A stretch of 64,000 bases of DNA from an uncultured Eubacteriales bacterium (GCA_905201895.1 CAJKPX010000006.1:2656-66655); one strand, 5' to 3'. Shown: positions 17,316-26,977, numbered from the stretch's first letter. The notes: generated by a model from the letters alone, not told the origin. A program made the numbers and translations.

Positions 17316-18821
17316 TCATTCAGCCGCCGGAGTGCCCGCAGCAACGATTGCCTTGAGGTATTCGTTGTTTGCATACGCATCCTGCTCCAGCGCTGCGCTT
17401 GCCACACTGTAAACGGAACGCACGTTTTCCTCTGCGTTGTAGGGGAACGCAATCGTGTTCAGCTCGTCGCCGTAATAGTAGGTCAGGATACCGATCACGG
17501 CATACTCCTGCGTTACGTCCTCGATATCGTAGTAACAACCGCGGAACACCTTGCGGTTACCGTCCTCGGAATCATTGATGTAGATCTTGTTGAACTCGAG
17601 CTTGTTGCGCTCTGCGATCAGGTTGATGTTAAGCTCGCCGTCCTGCATAAATCTGTCGGCATTCTTCTTGGTGATCAGGAAGAGCGAAACGTTGACTTCC
17701 TCGCCATATTTGATCAGATCATTGTAGAACGTAGCGTCGATCTCTGCGGAGAAGCTGATGCCCATCGGGTCATCGGTTCGGATGCAGGCACCGGGAATAA
17801 CCGACAGATCGTTTGAACCGCTGGTGAAGTAGCCAAGCTTGCTCTCGGTCTCCCCTGCTTCAAACACGGGCATTGCAGCAATCGTTCTGCCGTTGTAGGT
17901 CGAATCGGAGGGCAACGCAATGCCCTGCGCAATCACCGTGTTGCTCGCAGACCATGTTGCACCTGCATCGTTGATGGTTGCGGTCTTTCCTGCGCTGGTG
18001 AAAATAAAGTAATTCTTCACGGCATCCCGATGCACGCTCGAAATCACCATCTTAGCGGTTGCATCAAAGTTCAGGGTTGTTGGAACGTTGATATTGATCA
18101 TAGCGCTTGAGCCGCTGTTTGCATTCACGGGGCGATTGTCCAAAACGGTGGTACCCTTTACGTTAAGGGTGGGAATACCTGCAAAGAGATAGAACATCGA
18201 AGCGTTGCCGAGATGACCCGTTTGAGTGGAGCCATTGGTAACCGTCGAGTTTTCCACGTTGATGGTTACAACGGTGTCTGCGTTGGTGTAGGTTGCGACC
18301 ATGGGGTCACTTCCGTTTGCCTTGGTGATTGTCGAATTGACAATCTCAAAGGTTTGGGTCTTATTTCCGCCGTTTCCGGTTCCGCGGTCGTTGTTCTGAA
18401 TGTTGACAAGCAAACCGGTGGTGAAGTTCCAGGTCACATTCTCAAGACGAACCGTGGTGTCAAACTCGGGGTTGTAGCGGAAGCGGAAGCCGCGCTGCGA
18501 TTGAATGGTGATGTTTTTGATGGTTGCACCCTTGTAGAAAAGCCAAAGGTAACCGTTGCCTGCGGTGAGCTTGTGGCCTGCACCGTCGATGGTGACGTTG
18601 CCGTCAACCGCAATGTTAGAGGAAGACGTGGTGGCATCTGCCAGAAAGGTGATGGTTTCTCCGTCCTTTGCCGCCTTAATCGCTGCGTCAAAGGTTGCAT
18701 ACTCGGTGGCTCCGATCTTGCATACGTTGCCCGCAGCCGTAATGGAAATCATCGACAGAGGAAACGCGGAAAGGATCATCAGAACTGCCAACGCAAGAGA
18801 AAGAAGCTTTTTTGTTTTCAT
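17316..18821 (-). CDS. secreted beta-helix-like exoprotein (501 aa), paralogous to the modules of the gene at 24236-26977
   Basis: Signal peptide MKTKKLLSLALAVLMILSAFPLSMISITAAG. N/T/G-rich repeats of 'V..NSTIT/VENSTVTNG' type suggest a right-handed parallel beta-helix. The N-terminal block CKIGATEYATFDAAIKAAKDGETITFLAD is shared with the 913-aa paralog. Confidence 0.7.
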   Translation of the reverse strand: MKTKKLLSLALAVLMILSAFPLSMISITAAGNVCKIGATEYATFDAAIKAAKDGETITFLADATTSSSNIAVDGNVTIDGAGHKLTAGNGYLWLFYKGATIKNITIQSQRGFRFRYNPEFDTTVRLENVTWNFTTGLLVNIQNNDRGTGNGGNKTQTFEIVNSTITKANGSDPMVATYTNADTVVTINVENSTVTNGSTQTGHLGNASMFYLFAGIPTLNVKGTTVLDNRPVNANSGSSAMININVPTTLNFDATAKMVISSVHRDAVKNYFIFTSAGKTATINDAGATWSASNTVIAQGIALPSDSTYNGRTIAAMPVFEAGETESKLGYFTSGSNDLSVIPGACIRTDDPMGISFSAEIDATFYNDLIKYGEEVNVSLFLITKKNADRFMQDGELNINLIAERNKLEFNKIYINDSEDGNRKVFRGCYYDIEDVTQEYAVIGILTYYYGDELNTIAFPYNAEENVRSVYSVASAALEQDAYANNEYLKAIVAAGTPAAE

Positions 18822-18886
18822 GATGCATACTCCTTTTTGCTGTTTTTATTTTGACTGCACGCAGTCTGTTTTTTGTGACCGATGAA

Positions 18887-20725
18887 TTAATTTGCGAGAT
18901 ACGTGGGCACATCCTCATGGCGCACGACCGAAGTGACCGCGTTGTTTTTGAGCGTTAGGATCACCACGTCATCGTTTGCAACGTAGATGTTGTTTTTGCA
19001 CGCATCGGTGTTAAAGAAATACTTGTTTTGGTTTTCCGCCAGATAATCGTCCCCCAAGGTCTGTTTTCCGTTGAGTGTATGCTGGGAGAGAGGTCCGGTT
19101 CCGAGCGGGAAGAGCACGTAGGTGGGCGCAACCATCGGATAGAGCGAGGAGGGCGCGGATTGAATCCCGTGATGCGCAACCTGCAGCACCTCGCATTTGA
19201 GATCGCTTGCACTGTAAATAGATGCCATCAGAGTTCCGACGGTGGAGCCGATGTCACCCATATACATGGTTTTGATCCCCTCTGCCTCAACGGTGAACGC
19301 GATGCTGGAGGTGTTGAAATAGTCGATCTCATTCTCGGCGTAAAGGTCTGCCGTGTAGAGCATATTGATCTTCGCGTTTCGGATGTAGTAGATCTGTCCG
19401 GGGCGCGCGTTGGTAAAGCTTGCATTCGGGAATTTCGAGGTAATTTTCGATTCAATCGCGGTAATACCGTCAAACCATTCGTCGGAGGTGAACTGCGACG
19501 AGGTCGGGAAGTTATAAATGAAGCGCTCCACCGTTACCTTGTCGGCGTAGTTGTTTGCAAAGTGCGGGAAGAAACCAACGTGGTCCCCGTGCGTGTGCGT
19601 AAAGATCCATGCGGCGATCACAATATTGTTGGGATCGGGCGCCTGCTTCTTCATGACCTCATAGAGTCGGGTTGCGTTGTCGGCAACGTTGTGACCGCCG
19701 TCAACCACAAGGAAGCTGCCGTCGGAGAGACGCATCACGTACGCCATACCATTCATAGTGCCCGATTGATAGAGCAGACCGACCTGCGTGACCAACGTAT
19801 CGCAGACGCCGTCGGTATAGACGTTATCGGATTCGAGTCCTGCAAGCGAGGTGGTGGATTTTTTCTCGATCATCACGCGAAGCTCGGAGCGCGAGGGGAG
19901 ATAGATCACGGTCAGAACATGCGTGTCGTTTACATAGGTGAGAAAACGGTTTTTCTGATCCTTGAAGCCCGTGCTCTCGTTGGCGGCGTAGAGCGTGTAG
20001 CCGGCTGCCGTCACGGTTTGACAGTAGGTTTCAAAATCTGCCTGCTTTGCGCCGTCAAACAGTGCCTGATAAGCTGTTTTGGTGCATTTGTAAAAGCCGT
20101 CGGGAGTGATGTTCGGCATCTGCGGAATTTTGCTCAAGAGCTCATTCGTCGACGAAATCACGTGATATTCGGCGGGCATCGTGAGCTCCTTGGCTTCACT
20201 GTCATAATTGTTGGTGATGTAGAGCGTCAGCTTCAGAACCGCACTGCTCAAATCATTCTTCAGAGTTGAAACAACGCAGATCTTGTTGCCAACAGTACGA
20301 AGCGCTGCCTCGCCATAGCCGAGCATCTTCTTGGCGGTCTCCGTCTCGGGGTAGTCCACGTCGCCGACCAGAATCTCATAGCTTTCGGAATCAGCCTCAC
20401 TGTCGAAGCCTCTCCAGTCATCCTTGCAGGTTGGCTCCACGCCGGTTGTTCTCTTAATCTGCTTTGCCAGATTCTGCGCATACGACATCGCGTCGAGATC
20501 GTCGAGCGGATAAATGATCGTGATCGCCTTGCCGTCCTTGACGATCGGAATCACGTTCTCCCCCACCCCTTCAGTGGTCGCCTCGCCGGAGGTATCGGTG
20601 GGCTCTTGATTCGCCGTTGTTTCCCCCGAAGTATCGTTATTATCGGGCAGATTTCCCGTGTTGCACGCGCAAAGCAAGACGAGCGACAGGCAACACAGGA
20701 AAATCGCCATCAGTAATTTCTTCAT
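18887..20725 (-). CDS. lipoprotein with C-terminal ComEC-type metallo-beta-lactamase-fold domain
   Basis: Lipobox LVLLCACN. MBL motif AAWIFTHTHGDHVGFF and the downstream QVAHHG motif. Confidence 0.8.
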   Translation of the reverse strand: MKKLLMAIFLCCLSLVLLCACNTGNLPDNNDTSGETTANQEPTDTSGEATTEGVGENVIPIVKDGKAITIIYPLDDLDAMSYAQNLAKQIKRTTGVEPTCKDDWRGFDSEADSESYEILVGDVDYPETETAKKMLGYGEAALRTVGNKICVVSTLKNDLSSAVLKLTLYITNNYDSEAKELTMPAEYHVISSTNELLSKIPQMPNITPDGFYKCTKTAYQALFDGAKQADFETYCQTVTAAGYTLYAANESTGFKDQKNRFLTYVNDTHVLTVIYLPSRSELRVMIEKKSTTSLAGLESDNVYTDGVCDTLVTQVGLLYQSGTMNGMAYVMRLSDGSFLVVDGGHNVADNATRLYEVMKKQAPDPNNIVIAAWIFTHTHGDHVGFFPHFANNYADKVTVERFIYNFPTSSQFTSDEWFDGITAIESKITSKFPNASFTNARPGQIYYIRNAKINMLYTADLYAENEIDYFNTSSIAFTVEAEGIKTMYMGDIGSTVGTLMASIYSASDLKCEVLQVAHHGIQSAPSSLYPMVAPTYVLFPLGTGPLSQHTLNGKQTLGDDYLAENQNKYFFNTDACKNNIYVANDDVVILTLKNNAVTSVVRHEDVPTYLAN

Positions 20726-20870
20726 TATCTATTACCATGTTTCCGTTTTGCCACGGAAAGCTCCTTTTTAAGGTTGGATATTACAAGCAGGGGGATGCTA
20801 CATTCCTGCAACATCCCCTGCCTTGGCAGATAATTGCATCTTCATTATCATTGCCGAGCTCTTGATTATT

Positions 20871-22457
20871 TTACGTGAGGTCCTTTACCATGAACCAATC
20901 GTCAAGATCACGCAGCGCCGCAGTCAGCTTATCTGCATTGGTTTCCCAAGCGCCGTCAACCGTGCCCTCGTTTTTCGCAACGCTTCTCCAGAGCTTGTAT
21001 TTCGCACCCTCGAGTGCAACGTTGAACTGTTCACCAAAGTCAAAGTCTGAGTTGTCGAGAATGATATCGAATACGCGAGCTGCCTCGCTCGTGCCAAGAT
21101 ATCTTGCCTTCATGATCTTCTCGAAGTAGTAAGGACGAACGTACTCATAGCTGAGCGCATTCATATGCTCCAGCACGGCACTTGCCATATCATGGTCGAG
21201 ACGCGAGGTGTTCGGAACGCTGACGATCGCATAGGAATCCTGCATGCCCGAACCGTAGTTCTTCTGATTGGTGTCATATTTCGGCAGCGGAAGCAGTCCG
21301 TATTTTGCCTTCATATCACGGAACGCCTTGTTCTGTGCCGCATAGCGGTAAATAACGTCGATATCAAAGATCGCCTTGCTGTTTGCGAACATCTGATACT
21401 GCTGCGCGGAGGTGGTATCGGCACCGGGAGTCTTTGCAATCAGCCATACGCCTCCCTGGTTATACAGGTTGATCACCTTGGACATACCGTCCTCAAGGAG
21501 CGCGTTGCCGTCAACGTTCCAGGAGTGCGTTCCGTCGTCGTTCTCAACGGTGAGCTCGAGGTTGAACGCATAAAGGAATCCGTCGTATGCCTCGCAGTTC
21601 GCGTTGGAAAGCAGACCGTAAACGTCGTTTGCATCCTTGGAGTCGGAGCCGTCCTTGTCGTCCCAGATCGAGGCGTATTGGAACAGCACGTCATAGGTCC
21701 ATCCGCCATCCAGCACCAGCTCGTACAGATCGATGTTATCCTCTCCCGTTACGTACTGATCATACAGATCGAAGTTTACGTAGGTTGCCATCATACGGTT
21801 GTATGCGCAAAGGTTGGAGTCACCGATGATGTAATAGAGATGACCCATACCCTGCGTGTTTTCGATAAAGTTCTCGTTCCACCAGGGCTTGGTGAGGTCA
21901 AGATACGGCATTGCTTCGGAATCCATGAGGTCAACGAGATAGTTGCGGATCATGGGGGCAACGCTATAAGCAGCATAATTGTGGATCATGCTATAGCTTC
22001 CGCCAGCCTTCCAGTCCTGCTCGATCTGCTTGTTCAACTCACTATCGGCGCTCGCACCGTCAAAGCGATCGTACAGGAACTCAATGCCGAGCTCCTCCTC
22101 GATCTGCGCGTTACGCTCAACCAGAACGAGCTCAAGAGCATCCGCAGGCTTATCGTAGTCACCAAGGTCTACCTTTGCGTAGTCGTTCTTCCATGCGGCA
22201 ACGCGGAATTCCTTATTGAAATCGAGCGTGTTGATCGGAAGATCATACTCCACGAGCGGTCTGCCCCATTCGTCGGTGGGAACCTCGGTGGTCACTTCCT
22301 CTGTTGTTTCGTCGGGATCGGTGGAATCACCGGTGTCTTCCTCGCTGCCCGTGGTCGACGTATCATCGTCGGGATTCGGACCCGGGGTGGCGGGATTGCA
22401 AGCTGCACACGCAAGCACAAGCATGCATGCGAGCAGGAATGCTAAAATCTTTTTCAT
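20871..22457 (-). CDS. large extracellular solute-binding lipoprotein (ABC SBP family-1-like), no cognate permease/ATPase genes adjacent
   Basis: MKKILAFLLACMLVLACAACN lipobox followed by a D/E/T-rich linker. The ~500-aa body has the look of LplA/LipO-type sugar SBPs (family call by eye, moderate). The start is taken at ATG 22457, not track 22526. Confidence 0.6.
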   Translation of the reverse strand: MKKILAFLLACMLVLACAACNPATPGPNPDDDTSTTGSEEDTGDSTDPDETTEEVTTEVPTDEWGRPLVEYDLPINTLDFNKEFRVAAWKNDYAKVDLGDYDKPADALELVLVERNAQIEEELGIEFLYDRFDGASADSELNKQIEQDWKAGGSYSMIHNYAAYSVAPMIRNYLVDLMDSEAMPYLDLTKPWWNENFIENTQGMGHLYYIIGDSNLCAYNRMMATYVNFDLYDQYVTGEDNIDLYELVLDGGWTYDVLFQYASIWDDKDGSDSKDANDVYGLLSNANCEAYDGFLYAFNLELTVENDDGTHSWNVDGNALLEDGMSKVINLYNQGGVWLIAKTPGADTTSAQQYQMFANSKAIFDIDVIYRYAAQNKAFRDMKAKYGLLPLPKYDTNQKNYGSGMQDSYAIVSVPNTSRLDHDMASAVLEHMNALSYEYVRPYYFEKIMKARYLGTSEAARVFDIILDNSDFDFGEQFNVALEGAKYKLWRSVAKNEGTVDGAWETNADKLTAALRDLDDWFMVKDLT

Positions 22458-22679
22458 AGCATTTCTCCTTTCTTTTTTTCGGGGAACTCCCCAGCGGTCT
22501 AATTCTAACAAAAAACGGGTGCACAAACAAGGTATGTTTCTGCCGTTTTGCCTTCAAAACCAAGTTGATTTTTGCCAAATTGGAGAACTGTTTGTTCTCG
22601 CCATCAAGCGAATGAGCATTGTGTACAATTTCTGAAAAACACACTTGTGAAGATTGCACGAAGCGCATTTGTCTGACCA

Positions 22680-22723
22680 AATCAAACACAACGGGTGGTG
22701 CTGCACAGGATGCAACACCACCC
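22680..22723 (-). terminator. rho-independent terminator after the 44-aa peptide gene
   Basis: Minus strand reads GGGTGGTGTTGCA-tcc-TGTGCAGCACCACCC followed by GTTGTGTTTGATTT. Confidence 0.65.
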
Positions 22724-22754
22724 TGCCTCCTATGGAGGGGCTATTGTGTTTTCA

Positions 22755-22889
22755 TCAAAGTCCGCTTACGTCTGCGGAGTTATAGTTGTCGATACCCAAT
22801 CCAACGCTGCCGTCGCCCGTGGAGCAGGTGATCACGTCTTCTTTGTCGATCAAAAGCAGATCGACCTCGGGGGTCTGATACAGTTTCAT
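22755..22889 (-). CDS. 44-aa peptide gene (not in ORF track), paralog of 49596-49733
   Basis: Hand translation gives MKLYQTPEVDLLLIDKEDVITCSTGDGSVGLGIDNYNSADVSGL*. AAGGAG SD 8 nt upstream. It starts 21 nt after the stop of the upstream MBL gene and is followed by a terminator. Confidence 0.6.
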   Translation of the reverse strand: MKLYQTPEVDLLLIDKEDVITCSTGDGSVGLGIDNYNSADVSGL

Positions 22890-22910
22890 AATCGAAATCT
22901 CCTTTCGTTT

Positions 22911-24161
22911 TTAGCTTGCAAGATACGCGCTGACCGTGGGTCGCTCGGAAGGCTTACAAGCGGGGGTCACGTTGCCGTTCGACAACGTAAGGATCGTAAT
23001 CTTGTTTTGCGCAATATAGATGTTGTTTACATCGAGATTGGCTTCGGTTTGCGCCATTCCGTTGAAGAAATAAGCGTTATGACTTGCCGTGAGATATTCC
23101 TGATATTTCTCGGTAGAGGTCGCGGAGCCATCACCCATCGGCCAGAGCGCATAGTCGGCGTCGATCTTGGGATAGAGCGTGGAGGGCGAGGAGCCGATTC
23201 CGTGATGCGCAACCTGGATAACGTCGCATTTGAAAACGCTGTCATCGTAGCGCTCGGTGAGAACCGACGCCACGTTTTCACCCGCATCGCCAAGATACAT
23301 GGTTTTCACACCCTCCAGCTCAACGGTGAACACCATGCTGGTATCGTTGTAGTATCTGACGAACTCCGATTCATTGCGATCGTATGCCGCCTCAATGGTG
23401 TAGAGAATCTTGATGGTTGCATTGCGGATTTCAAATTCCTGACCCGTGTGTGCGTTGATTCTCGGCACCTTGGGGAAATACTGCGCAATCGCGTTGTTAA
23501 CGCTCTCGATCATTCCCTTCTCACCGTCCCAATTGGAATAGCCCGAATTGATCAGATGAAGAATGTCGGTGCTCACATGAGAAATGAGTGCCTCGTTGGG
23601 GAAATTGTAGATAAAGCGCTGAATCGTGACCCGATTGCCGTAGTTCCTTGCAAAGGATGCAAAGAAGCCTGCATGGTCGGCATGCGAGTGGGTGAATATC
23701 CAAGCCGCGATCGTGGGCTTGCTCTTACCAACCTCTGCCGCCTGCTTGGAAAGCACCTCGTAGAGCTGCGTTGCCGCTGCGGCATTGTGTCCGCCGTCGA
23801 TCACAATGAAGCTGCCGTCTGCAAGGCGGATCACGTGAGCCATTCCGTTTCCGGGATCAGCGTCATTTGAGTCACCCAAACCGATCTCGGTGATCGTGGT
23901 GGTGCAGCCTGCAAGAGTCTTGTAATCGTTGGAGGGGATCAGATAGGTGTTTGCGCGTGCCTCCCACATCACACGGAGCTCCTTCGTTGCGGTGCTGTAA
24001 TCAAGCGTCAGCACGTCGAAATCCGAGCAGTAGGTGTAGGAATAATTCTTTTTGGTGGTGCTTGTAACCGAATTGTTGGCGTGAAGCTTCAGGAGCGGTT
24101 GCTCGTTGAGCGTTTCAATATACGCCAGGAATTCGGCTTCGGTGATTCCTGTATGGACCAC
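22911..24161 (-). CDS. ComEC-type MBL-fold hydrolase (416 aa), paralog of 18887-20725 but without a recognisable signal peptide
   Basis: AAWIFTHSHADHAGFFASFARNYGNRVTIQRFIYNFP and CDVIQVAHHG are nearly collinear with the 612-aa paralog. GTG start. Confidence 0.75.
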   Translation of the reverse strand: MVHTGITEAEFLAYIETLNEQPLLKLHANNSVTSTTKKNYSYTYCSDFDVLTLDYSTATKELRVMWEARANTYLIPSNDYKTLAGCTTTITEIGLGDSNDADPGNGMAHVIRLADGSFIVIDGGHNAAAATQLYEVLSKQAAEVGKSKPTIAAWIFTHSHADHAGFFASFARNYGNRVTIQRFIYNFPNEALISHVSTDILHLINSGYSNWDGEKGMIESVNNAIAQYFPKVPRINAHTGQEFEIRNATIKILYTIEAAYDRNESEFVRYYNDTSMVFTVELEGVKTMYLGDAGENVASVLTERYDDSVFKCDVIQVAHHGIGSSPSTLYPKIDADYALWPMGDGSATSTEKYQEYLTASHNAYFFNGMAQTEANLDVNNIYIAQNKITILTLSNGNVTPACKPSERPTVSAYLAS

Positions 24162-24235
24162 CTCGCTACAGGTGGTTCCGCATGAGATCTCGCTGGATGC
24201 GGTTGCTGCGGAGCCTGCCGCGAGCGCGATGGTCC

Positions 24236-26977
24236 TTACGAGTTTCCCGAGGCAGCCTCGATGATGGCGTTCAGACCGTCGGTGTACTGGGTAAAGCGAC
24301 CGCTGTCAAGTGCCTTTTGAGCAACCTCTGCAACGCTGCGAGCATTTGCTGCATCGTCAAACTCTGCCCAGAAGGTTGCGGTGGTACCATCGGTGTAGGT
24401 GATGGTCACGTAGGAGGTAACCGCATAGTCGGTGTTGTAATCGGGAATGTTCGTCAGCGCCACGCCGAAGGTGGTGTCATCGAGCCACTTTACAGCGGGA
24501 GCGTCTACGTAATACTCAGCGTCAAGAGCCTTGAAATCGCCGTTTGCGTTTTCGAGGTAAGAGGTCTTGGTAACGCGAGAGGTGTAGGTTGCGGATGCGC
24601 CAAGGAGTGCCTTGAATTCTGCATCAACCTCTGCCACGAAGCGGATGGATGCCTTCTCGGAGTTGTCGGCAGGGAGCTTGATGGAAGCACCGGTGCCGTT
24701 GGTGAGACCGAGCTCAACGAGATTTGCCTTGGTGTAGGTGCCTGCAGTGCCGATTGCAGAGGGTCTTGCGATCGCACCCTCGTTGGAGGTGATCGCAACG
24801 TAGCCTGCAACGTTGGGCATGATAACCTTGGGTGCATACTCGTTTACGATCCACTCTGCGCCGTTGTCGGTGTAGTCGTTCCAATGCTGTGCGAAATCGC
24901 CTTCGTTATAAATGAGGTACATGTGCGTGATCGTGCCGTAATTCTTTTCGGTCTTAGAACCGAACTCAACGGTTGCGGCATCGTCAAGCGTAACGTTGGT
25001 TTCAGCCGCCTGGGAGCTGATCATTGCTCTGTGCGCGCCCGAGGTTGCGGCGATCGGGTTGAGAACGAGCTTTGCGCTCGCGTTGAGGTTGACGTTCATC
25101 ACTGCGCATCCAACCGCATCCGCACGGATGATGGAGGACATTGCAAGGTTGTTTACTGCTCCGCCGAGCTGCGAGATGGTGGAGGTAGCAACGTTTACGG
25201 TCAGCTCTGCGTTGCCGTCAAACTCGCCGTAAGCGTGTGCCCAGATTACGGGAACGTTGTTCTTTGCTGTAAGAGTAGAGTTGTTGCTAATATTGATAAT
25301 TACAGATCTGTTGTCATTACTCTCGCTATTGGGGTAGGTTACGATCATGGGCTGATTGTTAGTCAGCTGGGTCAGGTTGCAGTTTACGATGTTGAGCACG
25401 TGCTCACCGTAGTAGTCACCCGACATATTGAGCATTGCGTCCTTGTTGATCGTTGCGGTCACGTTGTTCAGAGTGAGGTGATGCGTGCCAACGGTTGCAT
25501 CGTTGGTAGTGTCATCGGTCATAACGCTCTTTGCAAGTCTGCCCGAGGTGATCTTAATGTTCTTGATCGTGAGATCCTTGTTGGTAACGTTGAAGATGTA
25601 CTTGTTCTCCGCGAGGTTGTGATATGCAAAGTTCGCGCCGTTGATCGTCACGTTGTTTGCGGGGCTCTTATTAGCCAGCGACTCTGCAACGTTTGTAAGA
25701 AGCTTAATGGTCTGTCCTTCGGTTGCGGCGTCGATTGCTGCTGCGAGCGTGTCATACTCGTCATTGCCGATTGCTGCAACTTTGGTCTCCTCATCAACCT
25801 TGACGAAGCTGGTGGAGGGATAGATGTGGGTGCTAAAGAGCTTCAGATTTCTAGAGGAAAACGTGGTAACATAGTTACAATCTGCGCCCTTTACCGCATA
25901 CTTACCCGTGTCGGGTAAAGATACGGTGATGTCAGCCACATAGGTTGCAACGTCGTTGGGCGTGTCGGTCTTGTTTGTTTTGTCATTGTGCTCAAGAATC
26001 CAATCCGTGATCGTCCACGTGCACCCATTGTCGGTAACGGTTGCTTTGTTGTTATCAGAGAAGTAAAGCATGTTCAAGGTTCCGGGGGCAATCTCCTGCT
26101 CGGGCTTGTAAGCACCGTATACAATCTCAGAGCCCGAATTCAGGGTGACGGTTGTGGCGGCAGTCTTGCCACCGCCGATCACCGCACGGTTTCCATGGGT
26201 CGAGCTGCTATTGGTCTTGCCGGGGTTGAAATAAATCTTTCCGCCGTCGTTCACATTCAGTTTGATGGAGGTACCGTTGTTGAATTTGAACATTGCAGCG
26301 TCAGCGACACCGCTGGAGGAAGGGCTACTGTGAGAGAAAACCGAGTTGGTAAGGTTGATCTCAATATCTCCCTCTGTAGCATTACTGTATGTAGCCATGA
26401 GAGGCTCTCCACTATTGGAGGTGCAGTATTTCATGATTTCGGAACCGTTGATGACGTTCATGCGCATATCAACGCCGTCGATGGCGTCACCTGGATTTAC
26501 AGCAGTGGAGGTGTCACCGCCGATGTTGCAGAACAGATTAGCCTTAACAGTCCACGAAACATTATCCAAAGTAAGCACACTTGTTTTGCTATCGTTTGCA
26601 TCAAACCATCTGAAACCGCCCTTGTCGGTGGTAACAGTCAGATTCTTGATGGTCACGGAGCCGGTAATTGCCCACATGTAGGTGCTAGTGGAGTGGGAAA
26701 TCGAGTGGTTGTCACCGTCAATGGTAATGCCATCCTTGACAGGAACCACATTTGCCGTGTAGCCGGTGATGTCGGTCAGCAGCTTAACGGTTTGACCTGC
26801 CGTTGCAGCAGCCAGCGCCTCGTCAAGCGTTGCATATTCCTGGACGACGCTGGTGCCATCCGTGTCGATAACCGCTGCAACCTCATCTTCTGCAAATACA
26901 TTAACGAGTGCAACGGTTGCCGTTGTAAGAACCATCACAACGGACATGAGGATGAGAAGTAACTTTTTCAGTTTCAT
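24236..26977 (-). CDS. secreted two-module beta-helix-like exoprotein (913 aa)
   Basis: Signal peptide MKLKKLLLILMSVVMVLTTATVALVNVFA with an AAGGAGA SD (track ORF start 27097 rejected). Two internal modules each open with a '...EYATLDEALAAATAGQTVKLLTD / DEYDTLAAAIDAATEGQTIKLLTN' block. The C-terminal domain resembles that of the 501-aa paralog. Confidence 0.75.
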   Translation of the reverse strand: MKLKKLLLILMSVVMVLTTATVALVNVFAEDEVAAVIDTDGTSVVQEYATLDEALAAATAGQTVKLLTDITGYTANVVPVKDGITIDGDNHSISHSTSTYMWAITGSVTIKNLTVTTDKGGFRWFDANDSKTSVLTLDNVSWTVKANLFCNIGGDTSTAVNPGDAIDGVDMRMNVINGSEIMKYCTSNSGEPLMATYSNATEGDIEINLTNSVFSHSSPSSSGVADAAMFKFNNGTSIKLNVNDGGKIYFNPGKTNSSSTHGNRAVIGGGKTAATTVTLNSGSEIVYGAYKPEQEIAPGTLNMLYFSDNNKATVTDNGCTWTITDWILEHNDKTNKTDTPNDVATYVADITVSLPDTGKYAVKGADCNYVTTFSSRNLKLFSTHIYPSTSFVKVDEETKVAAIGNDEYDTLAAAIDAATEGQTIKLLTNVAESLANKSPANNVTINGANFAYHNLAENKYIFNVTNKDLTIKNIKITSGRLAKSVMTDDTTNDATVGTHHLTLNNVTATINKDAMLNMSGDYYGEHVLNIVNCNLTQLTNNQPMIVTYPNSESNDNRSVIINISNNSTLTAKNNVPVIWAHAYGEFDGNAELTVNVATSTISQLGGAVNNLAMSSIIRADAVGCAVMNVNLNASAKLVLNPIAATSGAHRAMISSQAAETNVTLDDAATVEFGSKTEKNYGTITHMYLIYNEGDFAQHWNDYTDNGAEWIVNEYAPKVIMPNVAGYVAITSNEGAIARPSAIGTAGTYTKANLVELGLTNGTGASIKLPADNSEKASIRFVAEVDAEFKALLGASATYTSRVTKTSYLENANGDFKALDAEYYVDAPAVKWLDDTTFGVALTNIPDYNTDYAVTSYVTITYTDGTTATFWAEFDDAANARSVAEVAQKALDSGRFTQYTDGLNAIIEAASGNS

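Noticed and set aside
22755-22889. The two small peptides as lasso-peptide or other RiPP precursors (a Y-x-x-P leader-like motif is present)
   Set aside because: As I recall, the Y-x-x-P-x-L motif marks RRE-recognised leaders. However, no lasso cyclase, leader peptidase, PqqD-like RRE, radical-SAM, YcaO or LanM-type gene is present near either copy or anywhere in the window. The spacing to a plausible core (Gly/Ala/Ser/Cys at +1, Asp/Glu at 7-9) does not fit. It remains a remote possibility if the maturases are encoded elsewhere.
19028-25918. Plus-strand ORFs 19028-20269, 21165-22445, 22695-23870 and 24182-25918 (391-578 aa)
   Set aside because: All are antisense to minus-strand genes that have signal peptides and MBL, SBP or beta-helix signatures. 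Their composition (Val/Gly/Arg/His/Cys-rich) lacks motifs. ORF 22695-23870 also runs across the terminator and the 44-aa peptide gene.
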